A stretch of DNA of 63,188 nt, filler included, from Stramenopiles sp. TOSAG23-2 (GCA_900128395.1; 14 parts of 14 records of this genome joined end to end with filler, not necessarily neighbours in it), one strand, 5' to 3'. Shown: positions 10,144-22,358, counted from the first letter of the whole stretch. A program made the numbers and translations. Notes: generated by a model from the sequence alone, not told the origin.

Positions 10144-13100
10144 GGTACAGTAAAAATCTCGCTTGCTGCATTAGCAGAAGCAAAAGGCAGAATAGATGAG
10201 GTTGATCTTGAATTATATAAAAAAGATTATGATATGAACACCAATAAGGAAATTGATGAAAAAAAAGCTAGATTTTTTGAACAATATGGGCCCGAAAAAT
10301 CTGCTGAACAGTTTCAAGGTTACACCCAAGCACATTACGATGCTTATTTAATGAAGGGTGGAACACGTGGAGGGTTTAATCCAATTGGTAAGATCTCATT
10401 ATATATTCATTGGGATGAACCTGAGGGCCTACAATTTAACAAATACGAACAGATAAAAATTGTTTCATGTTCAGATAATAAATATACAGGGAAGTATGTA
10501 GAAAATAATTACGTAGATGAATTTCAGGAAAACGAACTATTATTTACAAATCCAAAAGAGAAAGGAAACGAAACACACAATAAATACAGCAAAATGTTGT
10601 TGTATCATTTAAAACTTGAAACCGGTAGTAGCATAGATATGGAAGATGATACAGATAGGAAAGATCTTGAGAAAGCAAAACACGCACTAATCCAGATTGA
10701 TAAATCATCATTAGAGATATTAGAAAAGGAAGATCATTGGATATATGAAGAGACAATAAAAGGTTTGGAATCTAATTCAATTATTTCAAAGCCATTTTCA
10801 TCCAGCAGAAAAGATCATAGCGCATCAAAATCGCAAAAAAAATTTGCGATGGAATTATTAAAGTTTGTATCAAAACAAATAGTTAGTACAAAAGAAAGTG
10901 CAACTTCCTGGAAACGCCACTTTCGAGGTTTGGGAGATATTATAAAACATGAACATAGCGAAGAACATTTATACCATTTTGAAAAGGTATTGGCCAAACT
11001 TTTCAAAAATCGACTGACGCATCATGGTGATCATGGTTCCAAATCATCGTCAAAAGATACAATAGCCGAAGTTTTGGAAGCAAATGGTGTAACATATAGA
11101 AAGGTTTTAATTTTGCTTTCACTGAGTGTTCTTGTTCTTGTTTTATTATTTGTTTTAATAACATATGCGCAAAGAGCATTTGGGGCGCCAGGTATGGTTT
11201 CAAGTACATTATCGGCATTGTTATGTGGTTTATCATCGTTTGGGGTAAACAAAAGTACCAAAGAAAAGACAGCAAGTAAAAAGGTTGCTTCACAAATTAC
11301 CAAAAAAGCTGGTAGTGATTTAGAAAAACGATGGGAAGCGAAAGGAACAGATGCTGATTTTACAAAAAAACTTCAAAATGAAATTACTGGAGCAGTCCGG
11401 AAACAAGAACAAAATTTTGATATGTTGATTCACCGTATAGAGGATAAACAAGACGAAATTCAAATCAATATTAACGAAACTTTAGAGGATCGATGTAACA
11501 CTTTGCAAGAAAGGTGCGAAAGTTTACAAGTAAATGTTGAAAAGCAGCAAGAAGAGCTTGAAGCGTTATTGATGCCAAATGGTAATAATAAAGATAAAAA
11601 AAAAGAATCCTTTTTGAACAACCATTTGATCCGCCTGGGAAAGGACTTGGGACTCCCAAATGAATATGGAGAAAACGAAAATGAAAATGAATTAGCTGCT
11701 ATAATAAAATGGGTATCTCACCGATATCAAGAAAATCAAATATCAAAAGAGCAGCAAGATTTAATGATGATCAGAAAATTAGAGAGATTTAAACGAGAGG
11801 ATGCTATTAGAGAACAAAAAAGGCTGGAAGAGGAAAAAAAACATGAAGCAAGGAAGAAAAAGCTATATAATAAAGCTGTTAAATATAAAAACAGCATTAT
11901 ACAAAAGACATCAAAGTCTTTTAAAGGGCTTGAAATTATAGAGGGAAAGAGAGTCCTTAACTATCGAGATGGGAAAAAAGAATTTAAATTAGTAAAGGAG
12001 GGGTTGATTCAAAAACATATACGAGCATTACAAACAAGGATTCATTGTATTGATATTGCTATCAATGCTTGTATGGAAGCAGGGCTGCAATTTCAACCGT
12101 ATTCCGATGAAGATTTTACAAACGATGAATCAAAACAGAGTAAAAACGAGGAATCAAAACAGGATGGTAGTGAAAACAATTGGTCATATTTTAAACATTT
12201 TGGAGAGTTAAATGTACAAATACGCCTTGCAAAAGATGAATTGGAAGCTTATTTATTTGTAGATGCTAAAGATTTTATTCAGATGAAAAAAACGTTAGCA
12301 AACAAAAAGACTGAATTAGCTAAAGTCATGCACAGCAAAGTGAAAGATGTTGACACAGAAAAAAAGCTTCAAAGCGAAATAGAGCAGCTAAAGGATGAAA
12401 AAAATAAAAAAAGGGACGAGCTAAAAAAAGTTCATGCAAAAAATATGAATCGACATGATGACCTAAACGACCTAATTAAAAAAACAGAGCGAGAATATAA
12501 ATATTTTCTTGAAAGGCAATCAACTTATAAGCTAAGCGAAGAACAGCAAAAAATAAGAGATGAGAAAATAAAAAGCAAAAAGAATGAAATGCAGGCAAAA
12601 CGTATGGAAAGATTAAAAATCGAAAAGACGTTTTTGGAAAATTTCGTTATCGAAAAGGAGTTAATAAAATTCTTAGACGATATGATAGAAATGCCGGATA
12701 ATTTTTTTCAAACAAAAGCAGATCGTATAAATTTAGAGGTACAAGCTTTGAAAAATCGTGCATTTTACTACTTAACGCCCCAACTAGATAATGCAGAAAA
12801 GCTCCATGGTTCTGTATTTGAGGAAGGAGCTAGAAAAATAGAAAAATTACTAAACTTATGTCAGGTCATTGATAACACCCTTCTTGATGAAATGTGGATG
12901 GAAAAAAACAAAGATAAAAAGGTCGAAGATGTAACTCTTCCTCAGAACCAATTAAATAAACTAAAAGATGCGATGAAAGAAACATCCGAATGGTATGTAT
13001 CTCAAATAGAAGGTGCTGATATTAAAGACGACGAGACAAAGTTATATCCATCATTCAAGATTTGGGTACAAGATTATTACTCAAACGATATGAAGAAAAC

Positions 13101-14523
13101 TCCTGATGAAATAGAGGACATGTTTCAAGATTGTATTAAAAGTTATTTTAAAAAATCTGACACCTCAACTGAAGGCGTGATAAAATTGACTATCAATGAG
13201 TACATGTCAGAGAAATTGGTTGATGGAAAATTAGCTTTAAATAAAACAAAATTAAAATCAATTATGACTGATGCGAGTAAAAAAATGGAATATCAGGGGA
13301 AATTGACAGCAATAGCAAATTCAATTCTACTTTGCCTTGAGAGTGAGCTATGGAAACGCGACAATCGATCATTTGCTAGTAGTGAAATAAAAAGACTAGT
13401 TAAGGCGAACAAAGACGACGTTTTTGGATTTTTTTTGAACCAAATGAAGGGTGTATCACAAAGGGCTGAATGGAGTGAACGGCTAAATGAATTTATATTT
13501 CAAGTGAATGATTCGGTTCCTCCATCACTTAATTCATCCAAAAGAATTTCAATTGCAGAGAATGGAATTTTAAACATACAATCGGTTCCTAAGAATCCAC
13601 GCAAATGCATTATCAGTATAAAACTTGTCTACGATGGTGGTAAAAAGCGTGAATTCGAAAATAAGCTGAAAATAATGGGAATTTTTCAAGGGGGGGTAAT
13701 AACATTAGCACATACCAGATGGTTTAATAAAGAAGATGCTGCAAATATTGAGTTCCGTAGTAATCGCCACCAAATGTTTACAATTGATAGTATTGATTCC
13801 AATACCGAGATATACACATGCAATGGACAAATTAAACAGCAAGTTTTGGATGGTGCCACAAACACACCTGAAATAAAAAAGCTGTTTCGACAACACTCAA
13901 AAAGGATCAAAAAAGAAAATACTAAAGAAGACGCAAATGTTTTAAAGCAAGGTGAAAAAATATGGCGAAAAGAAACCGGTATTTTTCGGCTACACTGCTC
14001 GACCTTGTATGAAAATGAAAATTTTTTAAAATGTAGCGCACCAGTGTTTGAAAGAAGTAAAATAATTGCAGAAATTACATCAGAAAAAATACAACGAACT
14101 GATGGTTTCAATCTACAACGAGATACTCTTAATAATTTCGAAGAGGAAGTATTAAATAGATGGCAACGGTCACTAGTGCACAAGACTGGATCTGGACTTT
14201 TGTACCAATGCTATTTGCCAAATCCAGTGATGGGAAAGAATACGTATAAATTGATTTTAGATTTAGCAGAAGATTTACTTCCATCGAAAGAGGAATTGCT
14301 AGGGGAATTGAAATTGATTGAAGATGATGATTTAGATACAGAGTTTATTTTATTGCGTGAATGGACGGAACTTTATATAAATAAATTAAGACGAAGGTTT
14401 GAGCAAAAAGATGAGTTAGGTAATTTAATAGAATTTAATATGTACACTCGAAAAGATAAAATGTACAAAAAGAATGCCAATGGAAAAGGAATGGAATATA
14501 TTAACAAGAAGAATGATGACTAG
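10144..14523 (+). CDS. Large coiled-coil protein with one or two TM segments, 5'-partial, function unknown
   Basis: 1429-aa ORF that is also open upstream to the contig edge. Hydrophobic VLILLSLSVLVLVLLFVLITY is followed by long E/K-rich heptad regions. Confidence 0.85.
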   Translation, partial: GTVKISLAALAEAKGRIDEVDLELYKKDYDMNTNKEIDEKKARFFEQYGPEKSAEQFQGYTQAHYDAYLMKGGTRGGFNPIGKISLYIHWDEPEGLQFNKYEQIKIVSCSDNKYTGKYVENNYVDEFQENELLFTNPKEKGNETHNKYSKMLLYHLKLETGSSIDMEDDTDRKDLEKAKHALIQIDKSSLEILEKEDHWIYEETIKGLESNSIISKPFSSSRKDHSASKSQKKFAMELLKFVSKQIVSTKESATSWKRHFRGLGDIIKHEHSEEHLYHFEKVLAKLFKNRLTHHGDHGSKSSSKDTIAEVLEANGVTYRKVLILLSLSVLVLVLLFVLITYAQRAFGAPGMVSSTLSALLCGLSSFGVNKSTKEKTASKKVASQITKKAGSDLEKRWEAKGTDADFTKKLQNEITGAVRKQEQNFDMLIHRIEDKQDEIQININETLEDRCNTLQERCESLQVNVEKQQEELEALLMPNGNNKDKKKESFLNNHLIRLGKDLGLPNEYGENENENELAAIIKWVSHRYQENQISKEQQDLMMIRKLERFKREDAIREQKRLEEEKKHEARKKKLYNKAVKYKNSIIQKTSKSFKGLEIIEGKRVLNYRDGKKEFKLVKEGLIQKHIRALQTRIHCIDIAINACMEAGLQFQPYSDEDFTNDESKQSKNEESKQDGSENNWSYFKHFGELNVQIRLAKDELEAYLFVDAKDFIQMKKTLANKKTELAKVMHSKVKDVDTEKKLQSEIEQLKDEKNKKRDELKKVHAKNMNRHDDLNDLIKKTEREYKYFLERQSTYKLSEEQQKIRDEKIKSKKNEMQAKRMERLKIEKTFLENFVIEKELIKFLDDMIEMPDNFFQTKADRINLEVQALKNRAFYYLTPQLDNAEKLHGSVFEEGARKIEKLLNLCQVIDNTLLDEMWMEKNKDKKVEDVTLPQNQLNKLKDAMKETSEWYVSQIEGADIKDDETKLYPSFKIWVQDYYSNDMKKTPDEIEDMFQDCIKSYFKKSDTSTEGVIKLTINEYMSEKLVDGKLALNKTKLKSIMTDASKKMEYQGKLTAIANSILLCLESELWKRDNRSFASSEIKRLVKANKDDVFGFFLNQMKGVSQRAEWSERLNEFIFQVNDSVPPSLNSSKRISIAENGILNIQSVPKNPRKCIISIKLVYDGGKKREFENKLKIMGIFQGGVITLAHTRWFNKEDAANIEFRSNRHQMFTIDSIDSNTEIYTCNGQIKQQVLDGATNTPEIKKLFRQHSKRIKKENTKEDANVLKQGEKIWRKETGIFRLHCSTLYENENFLKCSAPVFERSKIIAEITSEKIQRTDGFNLQRDTLNNFEEEVLNRWQRSLVHKTGSGLLYQCYLPNPVMGKNTYKLILDLAEDLLPSKEELLGELKLIEDDDLDTEFILLREWTELYINKLRRRFEQKDELGNLIEFNMYTRKDKMYKKNANGKGMEYINKKNDD

Positions 14524-14674
14524 ATAAAGTATCAGTTATTGATTGTGACCTTTAGATTTAAAATGGTGGATGACACTTGATTATACGCTCGTAAAACATG
14601 ATATATATTAATATATATACGCTCGTAATAATTTACGCATAATTTATTGTTTTAATTTACTCATGATATAATTC

Positions 14675-15088
14675 CTACTCTTCAAAAGAATATGTATACA
14701 ATAACTGAAATAATCTAGCCATTTTTTTATCTTTTTCCTTGATTGTTTGTGTCGGGTAAAAGAATGCATGTGCTTCCCTTATGTATTTGCGGTATCCTTC
14801 TGGGAACAACCCCTTCTTTTCATTTGCTTCCTTCAACAACAATTTACCATCTTTCACACCGTTCAATAGATCTTCATCTGAATTCCGTTTGGTGTAACGA
14901 GATAACAGCCATATCAGTTTGCTACGTTTTGAAGGGTTATCTACATACGCACGTATTGCTGCTAGTACATCGCTTCTGGTAGAAGCTTTTACCCTGTAAT
15001 CATTCTTACAGATGTCATTCCGCAATTTTTCAGAAATTTTTCCTTGTTGAACTGTTTGCCAGTTTTAGTTTGAAGCACAGAAATTCAT
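14675..15088 (-). pseudogene. Small hypothetical gene with an early in-frame TAA
   Basis: ATG at 15088 reads MNFCASN*NWQTVQQGKISEKLRND, in frame with the 116-aa ORF, which has no early ATG of its own. Confidence 0.35.
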
Positions 15089-15209
15089 ATATATTTTTTA
15101 TTTTTTTTTNNNNNNNNNNNNNNNNNNNNNNNNNNNNNNNNNNNNNNNNNNNNTTAATTAATTAANNNNNNNNNNNNNNNNNNNNNNNNNNNNNNNNNNN
15201 NNNNNNNNN

Positions 15210-15559
15210 GGCGGTGGAATGGAATTACTACTAGTTCTTGGTGGCGGTGGGGGTATGTAATCCTCGGTATTATTGGTAAAATCAATATCACGTCGTGGAG
15301 GTGGCGGTATGTATTCAGAAGATGCTGATGATGAAAACATATTTACATGATTATTCATAGATGGGGTTTGTGGCCGTGGTGGAGGTTTTGGTTTTCCCGG
15401 TTGAATAAATGTATTATATGGATTTGGCTCACTTGCATGGCGTGGCGTAATCAATTTCACTTTATTATACGATTCATCAAATTGTATATGCATTTTTTCT
15501 CGTAAAATTCGTTTCCTTCGCCTATTGTCACCATATCTTCTAATTGTTGATTTTTTCAT
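15210..15559 (-). CDS. Pro-rich hypothetical protein, 3'-partial
   Basis: ATG at 15559 (MKKSTIRR); repeated YIPPPPR; runs into the linker. Confidence 0.65.
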
Positions 15560-15643
15560 TTTATTGATGATATAATAATATATTACAATAAAATTATTGA
15601 AGAATATATATAATATATAAAGCAACGATTTTTATTAAACGTG

Positions 15644-16474
15644 ATGCGCTGCACTGATAAACCTAGCAAAGAAAAAGTAGAACAAGCTAGGAGAAATAGA
15701 AGAATGAGTAGTATTGCTCGAAGCAGATCTCCTAGAAATTCCTTATCAACAAAAGAAAGTAGTGGAAGAAGAAAAAAAAGTAAGAAAAAGGAAAAGAAAA
15801 TTCTATTGTGTGCACTTTGGCCCTCGGAAATCAATGCATTACGAAATATCCATGCATCTAAAGCTTTTTGTGGTACAAATCATACAATAATATTAGACAA
15901 TCGTGGTAAAACATTTGGTTTTGGATTAAATGATAAAGGTCAAGTATCAGAAGATAAAATAGAAAATGAAATTAGATCTCCAATTGAAACAGGCTTGTAT
16001 AAACATGAGTATACTAGAACATTAAACGTTGCATGTAGTCATGAAAGCACATATTTCATTGCTCAGCATAAAGCAAGTCAAACTTTGACTAGCAGTGAGG
16101 AAGAGACGGAAATAGTGGATGATATTACGTTAAACGATGGTTTACTTCTGAATAGTAATGACAACTATAATAGTGCAAATGAAATGTTGTTGAAAAATAT
16201 ACTTGGTGATATAAATGAGTTTCCATCGCACGAACATGATTTTATGGAGAAATTAATGGAACAAGATCGACTTCCATTGCACAAATCAGATACTTTGTAT
16301 AATACAAAGGAAGCAAAGCAATGGATACATGAAATTGATAATGTGAAGAAAATGGATGACATCAAGAATGGTTTAATGATGGCATGGGAAAATTTCGAAG
16401 TCAAACATGAAGTATACAGCAGTCGTAACAGTGGTAGTCATAATACCAGGTATAAAATGAATAAAAAGAAATAA
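15644..16474 (+). CDS. Protein with RCC1-like repeats
   Basis: KAFCGTNHTIILDNRGKTFGFGLNDKGQV and VACSHESTYFI fit the RCC1 repeat pattern. The start could also be 15704. Confidence 0.7.
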   Translation: MRCTDKPSKEKVEQARRNRRMSSIARSRSPRNSLSTKESSGRRKKSKKKEKKILLCALWPSEINALRNIHASKAFCGTNHTIILDNRGKTFGFGLNDKGQVSEDKIENEIRSPIETGLYKHEYTRTLNVACSHESTYFIAQHKASQTLTSSEEETEIVDDITLNDGLLLNSNDNYNSANEMLLKNILGDINEFPSHEHDFMEKLMEQDRLPLHKSDTLYNTKEAKQWIHEIDNVKKMDDIKNGLMMAWENFEVKHEVYSSRNSGSHNTRYKMNKKK

Positions 16475-16926
16475 AAATTTTTATAAAAAAATGTAAATCG
16501 TATTTTTAAATGTAATGTTTATTTATTATGATACCACCATATATGATAATATATATTAAAATATTAATTTGTGTAAAATTAATAACACTTAGATTTTTAA
16601 CCATCATTAAATTATTTATAAAAAAAATATATCTCCAATAATATTAAATATACTTCCGTGTATATATATATATTTTAAATCTACGTATGCGTGTATAATA
16701 TTTTTATTTTATCATTAGTACGAGTACGAATATATTAATTGATTTGTACTCGTATCTGGATTTATATCACAAAAACTGTCTCTCTATCTCCCCCCCTCGT
16801 TTTTTCTTTTTTTCTTTCTTTTTTATAAATTATTAAAAATACTCTCGGTTCGCGGTGTTTTACCACACATAAATATCATACAGAATTCGTATGATGGTGC
16901 ATATCATAAATGTGTGTGTAAAGGTA

Positions 16927-19311
16927 TTATACATTATCTTGTTGTTGTAGATCTAACAATGGCTGCTTTTGTACAGTTGTTTGATTTTCCGGTTGTACAT
17001 CTTGCTGCTGCTGCATTGGTGGTCGATAATCATTGTTTCCATCATCAACGTTAGAAAATTGATATGAATTGCGTCGTCCATTAATGTTAATATTATTTCC
17101 ATATTTGCGTGAATATACAAAATACCCACCACCAATTATAGCAACAATACAAACTATAACAAGTACTGGAACAATCCATCCACTACCACTGCCATCATTG
17201 TTATGCTTTTTATCATTAGTACCATCCGCTGTTGGTATATGTTTTTTTTTATTCGTACTAGGTTTACTAGGTTTATCTGGGACAATTGGTGGAACTACAG
17301 GTTTTTTACCTTTGCATTTTACACAGACACAATGCCCTAATGTACTATCAGATGGGCAGGTTAACGTACCTTTCACCTCTCCTGTAATTGTACATGTGGA
17401 TCCTTCCATACAAGTCATATCAGCCCCTACATTTCCAGCAATATGACAATGACTACCCTTTCCACATACGACCGAGCCTTCAACATCACTTGCTAACGTA
17501 CAAAATGTATTATCTTTACACTCAACATCTTTGCCGACATTCCCTTTCACCGTACAATGTGCATTTGAGTCACAAAAAAGTTTTCCATTTACTTTCGACC
17601 CATATGTGCAGATACCATTTTTGCCACAAAGTGCATCCCCACCGACGTATCCTTTTGCAATTTGACAATGTGATGTATCTCCTATTGAGCAGTCAAATGA
17701 ACCTTCAATATTTCCATCGCCATTAACATTACAATATCCTGAGTTGCCACATTTGAAATTACCACCTACATTACCACCATTAGTAACGCAACTACTACCA
17801 TCTTTTGAACAATCTAAATTTCCTGATATACCATTAATATCAATTCTTCCATTTGCCCCTGCGGTCATATCACCTTGACATTCCCCCTGACTAATCTCAC
17901 AACGAACATTGTCTGCAGAACAATCCACTTTCCCACCAACATTTCCATTGATAGTACATTGACCGAGGCAATTTAAATTGCCTTGAACAGACTCTTCTAT
18001 GTCACAAGTATTTTCACAAGTTACATTACCATCAACTCCACCACCAGTTACTGTACACGAATGACCACTACATTTTAAATGACCAATGCCTGATTTTGTT
18101 TCACAGATACCAGCACAATCTAATTTTCCTAAAATTTTGTTCACGGTAGATTGAGCATTGGTACTAATTGTTACATCACCCTTAATAGTAGCTAACGGTG
18201 CATTAAAATATCCATTTGTGCCTATTGAAACATCACCAGTAATAATTGCAACTTCATTTAAATCAATATTACTATTTGTACCACCTAAAATATTACCCTC
18301 AATTGTCTTTCCTTTGCCATCGGTCACTGTTATCTGAACATTTGCTTGATTGCCATTTATAGATTTTCCAATATTTTTTGCAACTACCTGAACATTAGAA
18401 TTTGTTGCATTAACGACTCCGGTAATATCTCCATTTGTTGCTGACAATTGAGCATTATAATTTAGAGTTACGTCTCCATTAATACCTTTATTAACTAATA
18501 TTTTACTATTTGTTTGACCATTTAAATTACCAGCTTGAATAAATTTAAAATCGCAGACACCATTCGTTCCACATTCCACATTGCCTTTGCTAACACCATC
18601 CCGTAGTGCACATTGTGTATTTGTTCCACATGTCAATGATCCATCTTTTACACTCTTAAAATCACAAATGCCACCATTTATATCGCAGATAGTATTGCCG
18701 GTAATTGTTCCTAGAGCAGTAAAATTGCGTTTAGAGCAATAGTAAAATCCTTCAAAGTTTTTAATCAAGGAGGAGTCACCACATTTTGTTGAAGTTTCCA
18801 TTTTTAGATGTAGAATTTTACACGTACCTTGACAAGACATGGTACCACCACCTGTTGCACTTATAGCTGTAAACTGCGCATTTGTATCAAATGCAATACT
18901 AGCTGTCTTACTGGTACCAAGTGCAATCGTTTCCGCGTTTACTATCGAGTGCATATCCCCATCAATTGATACACCATTCTGAATATTTTTTAAAGTTACT
19001 TGTGAGTTCATGTTTGCTTGTAACTTCCCATTAGATATATCGCTTGTAAAAATACACTTTGAATGCGAGTCACATTCCACATTTCCAGCAACAGATGCAT
19101 AGTTGCATACAGCATTCATGTCACAATCCGTATTGCCAGTCACAGATTTTGCATATGCACACGTAGCATGCATTCCACAATTGGCATTTCCAGTGATAGC
19201 ATCTGGATAATTGCAGGTTGTACTCATAGCGCAATCTACATCATTAGCAATAGATATACTAATATAACTAGATGCAATAATTAGTATTATTAATGTATGA
19301 AATAATTGCAT
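16927..19311 (-). CDS. Type I membrane protein with Cys/Gly-rich beta-solenoid-like repeats
   Basis: Likely start MQLFHTLIILIIASSYISISIA (signal peptide) at 19311. Many roughly 17-aa repeats VxGNxxCx5C, a Pro/Lys stalk, TM WIVPVLVIVCIVAIIGGGYFVY and a short tail. Confidence 0.85.
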   Translation of the reverse strand: MQLFHTLIILIIASSYISISIANDVDCAMSTTCNYPDAITGNANCGMHATCAYAKSVTGNTDCDMNAVCNYASVAGNVECDSHSKCIFTSDISNGKLQANMNSQVTLKNIQNGVSIDGDMHSIVNAETIALGTSKTASIAFDTNAQFTAISATGGGTMSCQGTCKILHLKMETSTKCGDSSLIKNFEGFYYCSKRNFTALGTITGNTICDINGGICDFKSVKDGSLTCGTNTQCALRDGVSKGNVECGTNGVCDFKFIQAGNLNGQTNSKILVNKGINGDVTLNYNAQLSATNGDITGVVNATNSNVQVVAKNIGKSINGNQANVQITVTDGKGKTIEGNILGGTNSNIDLNEVAIITGDVSIGTNGYFNAPLATIKGDVTISTNAQSTVNKILGKLDCAGICETKSGIGHLKCSGHSCTVTGGGVDGNVTCENTCDIEESVQGNLNCLGQCTINGNVGGKVDCSADNVRCEISQGECQGDMTAGANGRIDINGISGNLDCSKDGSSCVTNGGNVGGNFKCGNSGYCNVNGDGNIEGSFDCSIGDTSHCQIAKGYVGGDALCGKNGICTYGSKVNGKLFCDSNAHCTVKGNVGKDVECKDNTFCTLASDVEGSVVCGKGSHCHIAGNVGADMTCMEGSTCTITGEVKGTLTCPSDSTLGHCVCVKCKGKKPVVPPIVPDKPSKPSTNKKKHIPTADGTNDKKHNNDGSGSGWIVPVLVIVCIVAIIGGGYFVYSRKYGNNININGRRNSYQFSNVDDGNNDYRPPMQQQQDVQPENQTTVQKQPLLDLQQQDNV

Positions 19312-20047
19312 ATTGTTTATTTTCTTTTCAATTCTGTTGCGTATATAGTTGTTAACAATAATTATCAATATGGTTCGGTTGTCACCAATGTAGTATATAT
19401 ATACCCATATATAAATATATATATATATATTAACTAAAAAAATCCAACAAAGGTGCAAAGATATACTACAAAGGAGGTGTAATAAAGATATTATATATTT
19501 TGATAAGTAGTCACTCCGGTCGACTGCACTCCACAGCACTGGCAAGGAAAATCTCTGGTGTCCAGACCAGAGTTACTGTAGAGGATACTCCTAGATTTGG
19601 ACCTGGAAATGCCTCTGGTGTCCAGAGAAGGATACTCCAGCACTACTCGGTCCCTTCACACTAATGGTGTCTCGTCTTCTACGTCTTGCTTCTCTCTCCT
19701 TTTAAAAAAGCAAGGAGCGAAGCGACGTATAAGATATATACTCCAGAGCACGGCCCCCCTCCGGCATAAAAAAGAGAAGAAGAAAATTTTTTTTTTTTTT
19801 TTTCAAGTAAAATAGTATATAGTATATTAGCTCTTTTTAGACTACCCTCCTTTGTACTCCATACCCCCATGCTCCGAATCTCACCTCGATAGTTTTTGAC
19901 ATTAGGCTTAATTATTTTATGTAATTATGTCTTATATATTATTTATTATTTACAGAACCATTCTTTACAAATGTCCCTCACATGCATTGTTTAATGAAAA
20001 CATCAAATACATTCATAGCGGTGGGATTCAAATTCCACGCTTATACG

Positions 20048-20170
20048 CTACAACTTAGAATCGCTACACGTAACTTCGCAATCTTTCGTATTCGGGTCGA
20101 AACAAGGCTTACCGACAGTGCTTACAAGAGAACAATTGTATGCACATATTCCAGAAGGATATGGCTTTAC
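20048..20170 (-). CDS. Possible 3' end of a Cys-rich protein
   Basis: Reads VKPYPSGICAYNCSLVSTVGKPCFDPNTKDCEVTCSDSKL* from the contig edge. Confidence 0.35.
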   Translation of the reverse strand, partial: VKPYPSGICAYNCSLVSTVGKPCFDPNTKDCEVTCSDSKL

Positions 20171-20929
20171 NNNNNNNNNNNNNNNNNNNNNNNNNNNNNN
20201 NNNNNNNNNNNNNNTTAATTAATTAANNNNNNNNNNNNNNNNNNNNNNNNNNNNNNNNNNNNNNNNNNNNAAGATGGGAAGTGGTCGTGCTGTCTTGTAT
20301 AAAAATTGAAAAAGGACGTGTGTGTATATATGATGTCATATAATGGGTTATGAGATTTAAATAGTGTATGTGTGTGTGTGTGTGTGTGTAAATAGTGGAA
20401 CAAGGAAAAAAAATGTACAATATCTTTTATTTATCTCACACCCCTATGTGTATGTACATCTCATTAAAAGTATTTGTGTGTTTTAATTTAAATTACATTC
20501 AACAATCTTAAAAATTGATAAAAATGTAATTTTTTACTTTTATTCCCCTTCTCTTATTTTTTTAACTTTTTTTACAACAAACTTCACCAACCCACCACAC
20601 ATCAATCTTTTTTTTCTTCTTTTTCGTCATTACAATATTTAGTACTACAAATGACCTATTAGGTGTAATTTTTTACTTTTATTCCCCTTCTCTTATTTTT
20701 TTAACTTTTTTTACAACAAACTTCACCAACCCACCACACATCAATCTTTTTTTTCTTCTTTTTCGTCATTACAATATTTTTACTATTTTATATACACTCT
20801 TCTATTTTGAACACATTAATAAACTAAATAAATTCAGAAGACTTGATTAGCTAAAGAAAAGACTTTCGTATTAATTTTCGTGTGTATCTATACTGAACAC
20901 AAATGTGTCTTATATATACACACACAAAA

Positions 20930-21256
20930 TTAATAAAATGGATTAGTTGGTTGTATTTCTTGATTTCTTCTAACAGGATATTTACTACCGAACTCTAATG
21001 GTTTGCCTACACCTAATAGGTCATTTGTAGTACTAAATCCTGGAATTGGTTTTCCTTCTGCCATTTTCTTATATTTTGCTTCCATGCCTTTGATATATTC
21101 TTTGCGATTGTTTGGTAATACACCTTCAGTTTTAGCTAAGAAGCCCCAATTACCCCACCAAGTATCAGCCGCGTTACGTTCTTTTTCAATACTTGCTCTA
21201 AAATTTTGTAGTTGCCCAACGGCATCAGCGCCGTTCATATCTGCATTAGCTGCCAT
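20930..21256 (-). CDS. Ciliary microtubule inner protein-like (C20orf85/CIMIP1 or C2orf50-type)
   Basis: FRASIEKERNAADTWWGNWGFL resembles the family motif ExxAxxxWxxxWGFL, followed by PGFSTTNDLLG. Confidence 0.6.
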   Translation of the reverse strand: MAANADMNGADAVGQLQNFRASIEKERNAADTWWGNWGFLAKTEGVLPNNRKEYIKGMEAKYKKMAEGKPIPGFSTTNDLLGVGKPLEFGSKYPVRRNQEIQPTNPFY

Positions 21257-22358
21257 AGTTGTTATTTGTCAATCAAGTTTGTCAATTGTTGTATTATTTT
21301 TTTACATATGTATATATGTATGTTATATAATACAGACGGTTTACATAAATGTTTTGCACATAGTTTTACCTGGTATTGTGATGATTCATTATTAATAGCA
21401 GTAGTGATGGTGTGTAAAAAAACCTGTCGTTTACATAAATGTTTTGCACATAGTTTTACCTGGTATTGTGATGATTCATTATTATTAATAGCAGTAGTAA
21501 TGGTGGTGTGTAAAAAAACCTGTCGGCGCGGTAACGTACATGTAGCATATTATCATCCTGTAAATCGTGCTACCGCTATAATATACCTAGGTAACATGGT
21601 AACATATAAAATATAAAAGAAACGCATGTAGTTTTGTACTAAGTAGTTTATAACATTTATTTACATAAATGTTTTGCACATAGTTTTACCTGGTATTGTG
21701 ATGATTCATTATTAATAGCAGTAGTGATGGTGTGTAAAAAAACCTGTCGGCGCGGTAACGTACATGTAGCATATTATCATGCTGTAAATCGTGCTATACC
21801 GCTATAATATACCTAGGTAACATGGTAAAATATAAAAGAAACGCATGTAGTTTTGTACTAAGTAGTTTATAACATTTAAATAGAATCTGAAATTCTAATA
21901 GTAACTACATCAGTACGATAATATTAAGTGAAAATGAACAGTGAAAAGTGAAAAAAAAGGCTGTTGATATTCGTCCTCGTATAGTTTAAGTACACCTTTA
22001 ATATTAAATTCCTATAGCCTATTATCTATTATAGTAATGTGCAATATACTTAATACTTAATACTTAATACTAATACCTGGTATATGCACATATAGCGTAT
22101 ATCCTAGTAAAGTTTCTTTTTTTATCCTATAATAAATAAAATTTTTGCTTCTACCTTCTACCAGCACACTATTAAATAGCACCTTACAGTACCAGATAAC
22201 TGGATAACCGATAACCGGAAAAAAAGATGATCTCCTCAAACATCTTAATCTCAGCCCTCAAACAAACAAATATATAAAAAAAATAAAAATAGATAACTGG
22301 TGACATACTCATATCATGCACGCGCACATATATCTTATTTCATGGATGTTAATAAAGA

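Noticed and set aside
15065-15067. In-frame TAA as evidence of stop-codon reassignment
   Set aside because: Conserved genes here end at TAA, TAG or TGA and the long ORFs have no internal stops, so the standard code fits.
21340-21878. Three-copy and two-copy repeats upstream of the ciliary gene
   Set aside because: Copies differ only by small indels and SNPs, consistent with concatenated alleles or bubbles rather than a functional array. Not provable without reads.
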